Under the pieces are notes generated by a model. That model was not told the DNA's origin. It saw only the letters and a program-made list of their open reading frames with translations, and did not search any database. A stretch of DNA of 32,000 nucleotides from Vibrio vulnificus CMCP6. GTDB lineage: Bacteria; Pseudomonadota; Gammaproteobacteria; Enterobacterales; Vibrionaceae. The position numbers and the translations under genes were made by a program. This document shows, in pieces, positions 28,038-32,000 of this stretch (its first letter is position 1; each line of letters begins with the position of its first letter). The stretch spans positions 2,541,127-2,573,126 of the forward strand of contig NC_004459.3 of assembly GCF_000039765.1 (NCBI RefSeq), in the 5' to 3' direction.

Positions 28038-28544
28038 ATGGAAGTAATATCTGAAAGGCTACGGATGAAGCCATTATCGGGAAATGACTTGTCTTTATTT
28101 CTACAACTCCATACAAACCCAAGTGTCATTTCGCTCTGTTTCGATGAACTGCCAAAGTTAGAAATTGAGAGTAAATTTAAATCTCGATTAGCATCTTGGT
28201 TTGTAGATTCGGAGCATTGGTTATGTTTAGTTGTTGTCGAGTCCACAACGAATAAAGCAGTAGGTATAACAGGTTTTTGTGTTAACGATTCTGTTGCTGA
28301 AGTTGGGTTTATGTTTTTACCCGAATATCATGGGCTCGGGTATGGTACAGAGTCACTGCAAGCCCTCATAAATTATTCAATGTCAGAGTTCGGCATCGAT
28401 AAATACAGTGCAGTTGTCACCGAGGGCAACATTGGTTCCGAAAAGGTACTTACAAAAGTGGGTTTTGTGCTCGATAGGATAGTGCCTCAAGCTTATGAAA
28501 TTGGTGGTCATTTGTACGCAGACCATGTCTACAAATATGCGTAA
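28038..28544 (+). CDS. GNAT family N-acetyltransferase (copy 2)
   Basis: Same protein as 430-936 except P->S (APW/ASW) and the last residue V->A. Confidence 0.9.
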   Translation: MEVISERLRMKPLSGNDLSLFLQLHTNPSVISLCFDELPKLEIESKFKSRLASWFVDSEHWLCLVVVESTTNKAVGITGFCVNDSVAEVGFMFLPEYHGLGYGTESLQALINYSMSEFGIDKYSAVVTEGNIGSEKVLTKVGFVLDRIVPQAYEIGGHLYADHVYKYA

Positions 28545-28551
28545 AATTGTT

Positions 28552-28678
28552 ACATAACAAGGCGTTCAAGAGGGATTCATGCCGCGTGGCATTTTTGGTT
28601 TGCAGTGAGTTTTAGTGGTGAAAGTGGTCTGCGGAAGGTTGGCTTAGGCGGCATTCACCCCTTAACGCAGCGTTATTG
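28552..28678 (+). repeat. attC site 46
   Basis: ACATAAC ... TTAACGCAGCGTTATTG. Confidence 0.9.
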
Positions 28679-28691
28679 CGCAGAGGCAAAA

Positions 28692-28985
28692 ATGAAGCAT
28701 AAACAAAGAGAGCTGTTAGCATATATTGAGTTGGAAAGTGGTACTGTTTTGATTGATATCGTCAAACTGACTCGAAACGGTCGCTCTTATTATTTTCAAG
28801 GTAAAAGATGGTTACGCAATCAATATGGATTGGGTTGCGATGATTGCACATCAGAATCTGGGGATAAGCTAAATATTTCCATTTTGAGTCGAAGACATGC
28901 TCCTAAGTGGATTGAAGGCAAGGTGTTGCGTGTATCTGAAAGGGCAAAAGAACGGTATGAATTTTGGCTATCAAATGGACGCTGA
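28692..28985 (+). CDS. hypothetical cassette protein
   Basis: MKHKQRELLAYIELESGTVLIDIVKLTRNGRSYYFQGKRWL... Confidence 0.7.
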   Translation: MKHKQRELLAYIELESGTVLIDIVKLTRNGRSYYFQGKRWLRNQYGLGCDDCTSESGDKLNISILSRRHAPKWIEGKVLRVSERAKERYEFWLSNGR

Positions 28986-29007
28986 CAGTGGCGCCGTTAG
29001 CTCAGCG

Positions 29008-29133
29008 CAATAACAAACTGTTCAAGAGGGATTCACAACGCGTGGCATTTTTACTATGCGTTGGTTTTAGTGTTTACGGTGATATGCAGTAGCTCTAGTA
29101 TTGCGTTGTTCACCCCTTAACAGAGCGTTATGC
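29008..29133 (+). repeat. attC site 47
   Basis: CAATAAC ... TTAACAGAGCGTTATGC. Confidence 0.9.
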
Positions 29134-29427
29134 GCCAAAAATTGGATTCACATCCATGCTTTTGTGGAGGATACGGATAATTTCAATATTTTGACTGCCG
29201 ATCTGACGATAAAATATTACGTGGCTTCCTTGTGGAAACTTTCTGTAGCCATCGCGAATTTCGTCACAGGCTTTACCAATGTCAGGATTTTCGGCTAACA
29301 GCCAAAATGAGTCATCAAACTGTTTTAGATAAATATTTCGCTGTTCGCGACCCCAACGTCGAGAGGTAAACAAGGCTATATCTCTTAAATCAGATTTCGC
29401 CTTGTTAGTTAACTGAAATGGTCTCAT
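29128..29427 (-). CDS. parE: ParE toxin
   Basis: MRPFQLTNKAKSDLRDIALFTSRRWGREQRNIYLKQFDDSFWLLAENPDIGKACDEIRDGYRKFPQGSHVIFYR classic ParE. Confidence 0.92.
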   Translation of the reverse strand: MRPFQLTNKAKSDLRDIALFTSRRWGREQRNIYLKQFDDSFWLLAENPDIGKACDEIRDGYRKFPQGSHVIFYRQIGSQNIEIIRILHKSMDVNPIFGA

Positions 29428-29666
29428 TTTCTCTCTTCGCTATCTAACTCATTGATAAACGAATCAAGGTCATAATCCGCAACTCCACTTTCTTCGCCCT
29501 CAACAAGCAACTGGCGTAAAGTGTTCATTTTAGTTTCTTGGGTTTCAAGTAAACGTAAAGCAGAACGAATGACTTCACTTGCAGAGCCATAGCGACCGCT
29601 TTGGATTTGATTAGCAATAAAACCGTCAAAATGGTCACCCAAAGTAATACTAGTGTTCTTAGCCAT
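29424..29666 (-). CDS. parD: ParD antitoxin
   Basis: MAKNTSITLGDHFDGFIANQIQSGRYGSASEVIRSALRLLE; stop overlaps parE start by 4 nt. Confidence 0.92.
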   Translation of the reverse strand: MAKNTSITLGDHFDGFIANQIQSGRYGSASEVIRSALRLLETQETKMNTLRQLLVEGEESGVADYDLDSFINELDSEERK

Positions 29667-29678
29667 AACTTAGTCCTC

Positions 29679-29707
29679 AATACCAATAGATACCTAATTA
29701 TGGTATT
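29679..29707. promoter_or_regulatory. candidate ParD operator/promoter region
   Basis: Nested inverted repeats AATACC...GGTATT and ATACC-TAATTAT-GGTAT just upstream of parD. Confidence 0.45.
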
Positions 29708-29728
29708 AGTTGGGCTTGGATGCAAGGC

Positions 29729-29856
29729 GCATAACAAAGCGTTTAAGCCGGATTCGCAACGCATGGCATTTTTGGTCTGGCTTAGCTTTAGTGTTTACGG
29801 CACAATGTTTTAGGTTAGGTGGTCTGCGTTGCTCACCACTTAACGCGGCGTTATAT
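29729..29856 (+). repeat. attC site 48
   Basis: GCATAAC ... TTAACGCGGCGTTATAT. Confidence 0.9.
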
Positions 29857-29872
29857 GATTTGATGAGAATCC

Positions 29873-30181
29873 ATGAGAAAAACAAAAAACGTAGTCGAAA
29901 ATCTGGACGTGAGTTTTAGGACAACATGTCCAATATGTAATAAAAAGCTAACAAGCCAAGGGTTTGAACAGCATAGAAAAATGCATCATAAAAACCTGAG
30001 ACATGCGCAATTCGAGCAGTTAGTGATAGACGCGATTCGCTCTGGTAAGTTAACCGTAAAGATCTTTGACGCAGTAAACCCAAGTTTGAATTCTGCGACA
30101 AGAAAGCTACAAGATGTTAAGCATGCAAGTAGAAACAATTTTTACCGATTGCAGCAAGGTGGAAAGGTAAGTCCGAAATAA
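29873..30181 (+). CDS. small C2H2-like zinc-finger protein
   Basis: TTCPICNKKLTSQGFEQHRKMHH (CxxC-x12-HxxxHH) plus basic C-terminus. Confidence 0.7.
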   Translation: MRKTKNVVENLDVSFRTTCPICNKKLTSQGFEQHRKMHHKNLRHAQFEQLVIDAIRSGKLTVKIFDAVNPSLNSATRKLQDVKHASRNNFYRLQQGGKVSPK

Positions 30182-30184
30182 ATC

Positions 30185-30310
30185 ATATAACAAACAATTC
30201 AACAGTGATTCGCAACGCTTGGCGCTCTCACTTCGGGTTGAATTTAGTGTTTACGGCGCAGCCTTCAAGTTCAGTGTATGCGCTGCTCACACGTTAATTG
30301 GGCGTTATGC
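30185..30310 (+). repeat. attC site 49
   Basis: ATATAAC ... TTAATTGGGCGTTATGC. Confidence 0.85.
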
Positions 30311-30654
30311 TTAATCACGTAAAATCAGTGGTTTATGGTTTTCTTTGTTCCCTTAGCTTTTCAGTTTGGTGTATGTCGGTAAGTTGACTTCATTGGGCGC
30401 TGTTTTTCGGACACTTATTCTTTGGCGCTGAAAATTCAGAGAGTTACCTCAATCAATTTTCAGGTAAGCGAGAGGTTAGGGTGGCTGGCTCAATCAGCAA
30501 TTTGATCTTAGGTTTTTGAGTTTTAGCGGCCGAATTTCAAAGCCCAGATTTTCAAAACTATGAGTCATTTCGGTTTTCTACGTTTTGGCTTTTGTTTGTA
30601 AATCACAGTCGAGTTAATCTTGTTTTCAGAAAAACGTAATCCATTGAAGCTTAA
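30305..30654 (+). other. ORF-less cassette, subtype a
   Basis: TTATGCTTAATCACGTAAAATCAGTGG...CTTAAGCATAAC. Confidence 0.85.
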
Positions 30655-30781
30655 GCATAACAAGGCGTTCAAGAGGGATTCATGCCGCGTGGCATTTTTG
30701 GTATGCGGTGAGTTTTGGTGGTGAAAGTAGTGTGCGGAAAGTTGGTTTATGCGGCATTCACCTCTTAACGCGGCGTTATAT
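30655..30781 (+). repeat. attC site 50
   Basis: GCATAAC ... TTAACGCGGCGTTATAT. Confidence 0.9.
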
Positions 30782-30807
30782 TTTTAATCAATTTTCGAGT
30801 CGAAATC

Positions 30808-31272
30808 ATGGATGAAAGAAGTAGAGTTTACCTGGAACAATATCTGAACTCTTTACCTGATGAGGTCGCTTCCAAATACACTTCGTTCAGCTCAGACTAT
30901 TTCTGTGCAGATGAACACAATGCTAATCTCTGTGCCGAGTTAATCCTTCGTGGTGAAAAGCGTGCATCATGCAGCTTAGACTATTGGTACAGTGAAAAAG
31001 GCGAGCCAATGCCAGTTGTTGGACACCTTCAAGTCGTGACAAATTGGGATGGTATACCGATTTGTATTATAGAAATGACGTCTGTAACCAAGCAAAAATA
31101 CAGCGAAGTAACACCGGAGTTCGCGGCTTTAGAAGGTGAGGGTGACAAGACTTTAGCTTGGTGGCGGGAGGCGCATTGGAACTTCTTCTCAAAAGAGTGC
31201 GTAGAGTTAGAAATATCACCGTCGGAAGATATGTTGCTAGTACTAGAGCAGTTCAAAGTGGTGTACAAATAA
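30808..31272 (+). CDS. ASCH domain protein
   Basis: ILRGEKRASCSLDYWY...GEPMPVVGHLQVVTNWDGIPICIIEMTSV. Confidence 0.8.
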   Translation: MDERSRVYLEQYLNSLPDEVASKYTSFSSDYFCADEHNANLCAELILRGEKRASCSLDYWYSEKGEPMPVVGHLQVVTNWDGIPICIIEMTSVTKQKYSEVTPEFAALEGEGDKTLAWWREAHWNFFSKECVELEISPSEDMLLVLEQFKVVYK

Positions 31273-31275
31273 AAA

Positions 31276-32000
31276 CTTAGTATCAAGTTTGAAGTGCGAC
31301 ACTTTTTACAGATGCGCATGAATATACTCCGTTGGTGTCCTATACCCAAGTCTTTTGCGTGGGCGCGTATTTAATTTGTGTGCAATTTCATTGCAGAGCT
31401 TCTGTGTTACGTGTGACATAGAAGTTCGTTTTGGTAAGTATTGTCGTATCAAACCATTGGTGTTTTCATTAGTCCCTCGCTCCCATGAATGGTATGGATT
31501 TGCAAAGTAAAACAGACAGTTATGATGTTTTTCCAGTTGTGCATAACCATGAAATTCAGTGCCGTTATCCGCAGTTATCGTCTTAAAAGGTAAGTCAGAG
31601 CGGGTCATGATTTTGCTCATTCTTACGTTGAGCGACTCGCTTGTTCTATCGTCCATTTGCCCTATAAAAGTGTAGCCAGTCATTCTGTCGACTAAAGTTA
31701 CGATACAGTGCTTGGTTCCGCGGCCAACGACGGTATCAATTTCCCAATGGCCAGGCTCATTTCGATGCTCAGCTTTTGCAGGTCTTTCGGTAATATGACG
31801 CTTTGCTGCCAGCCGACCTCGGCTGTCTTTTGAGTTATATCTTTTGCGCCTTTTCTTGGTCGATTGGCGTAGATGTTTCCATAGTGTTCCACCGAGAGTT
31901 TTGTCGTTCCAAATATGCTGATAAATGAGCTCGTGGCTCATTGTTGGATAGCCTCTTACCCTTAGGTATCCGACGATTTGGTCAGGGCTCCAATCCAGTC
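31276..32000 (-). mobile_element. IS30-family element, copy 2, truncated by window end
   Basis: Same sequence as copy 1 starting CTTAGTATCAAGTTTGAAGTGCGACAC; transposase reading frame 31306->32000 (minus). Confidence 0.9.
31306..32000 (-). CDS. IS30-family transposase (copy 2, N-terminus outside window)
   Basis: Identical to the C-terminal part of the 17502-18470 transposase. Confidence 0.9.
   Translation of the reverse strand, partial: LDWSPDQIVGYLRVRGYPTMSHELIYQHIWNDKTLGGTLWKHLRQSTKKRRKRYNSKDSRGRLAAKRHITERPAKAEHRNEPGHWEIDTVVGRGTKHCIVTLVDRMTGYTFIGQMDDRTSESLNVRMSKIMTRSDLPFKTITADNGTEFHGYAQLEKHHNCLFYFANPYHSWERGTNENTNGLIRQYLPKRTSMSHVTQKLCNEIAHKLNTRPRKRLGYRTPTEYIHAHL

Noticed and set aside
284-30781. 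Regularly recurring ~126-bp repeats as a possible CRISPR or transposon repeat
   Set aside because: Unit length, RYYYAAC/GTTRRRY borders and gene-sized spacers fit attC sites of an integron array; there are no short uniform spacers or cas genes.
9970-31272. Placement of ORF-less cassettes immediately upstream of coding cassettes as evidence that they are promoters
   Set aside because: About 10 of 13 precede a forward gene, but forward genes already dominate the array, so this could be chance. A TTGTTT-17-TAATCT candidate is too weak to call a promoter.

Overview
This window is an internal segment of a Vibrio-type chromosomal superintegron, an array of mobile gene cassettes. I can place 50 attC-like recombination sites of about 114-129 bp. 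Each starts near an RYYYAAC inverse core, contains an 'AACAA..GCGTTYAAG..GGGATTC....GCGTGGCATTTTT' left arm and a 'CCCCTTAACGC(R)GCGTTAGG/ATGC' right arm, and ends in GTTRRRY. There is no integrase gene (intI) or attI in view. Recognisable cassettes encode GNAT acetyltransferases (5 distinct plus one duplicate), two NUDIX hydrolases, a LysE/RhtB-type exporter, a RelA/SpoT-type alarmone synthetase, a metzincin-like peptidase, a Tim44-like protein, a GFA/CENP-V-like zinc protein, a ParB/sulfiredoxin-like protein, a Bro-N protein and an ASCH protein. They also encode a reverse-oriented ParDE pair, a convergently arranged XRE antitoxin / Gp49-HigB-like toxin pair, a candidate nuclease, and several small unknown proteins. 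An identical-looking cassette (TM plus zinc ribbon) occurs three times. Thirteen cassettes belong to a related non-coding ('ORF-less') family. Two copies of an IS30-family element are present, the second cut by the window edge. Strongest observations: (1) both IS30 copies sit at the same nucleotide position at the outer edge of attC in two unrelated cassettes; (2) each cassette's first roughly 8-13 nt is the reverse complement of its nucleotides up to the AAC of its own attC, extending past the 7-bp core; (3) the abundant ORF-less family is conserved as DNA/RNA rather than protein; (4) there is a complete-motif small alarmone synthetase cassette and a novel nuclease-like cassette. All coordinates were read by eye and may be off by 1-2 nt. 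Family calls come from motifs, not database searches.
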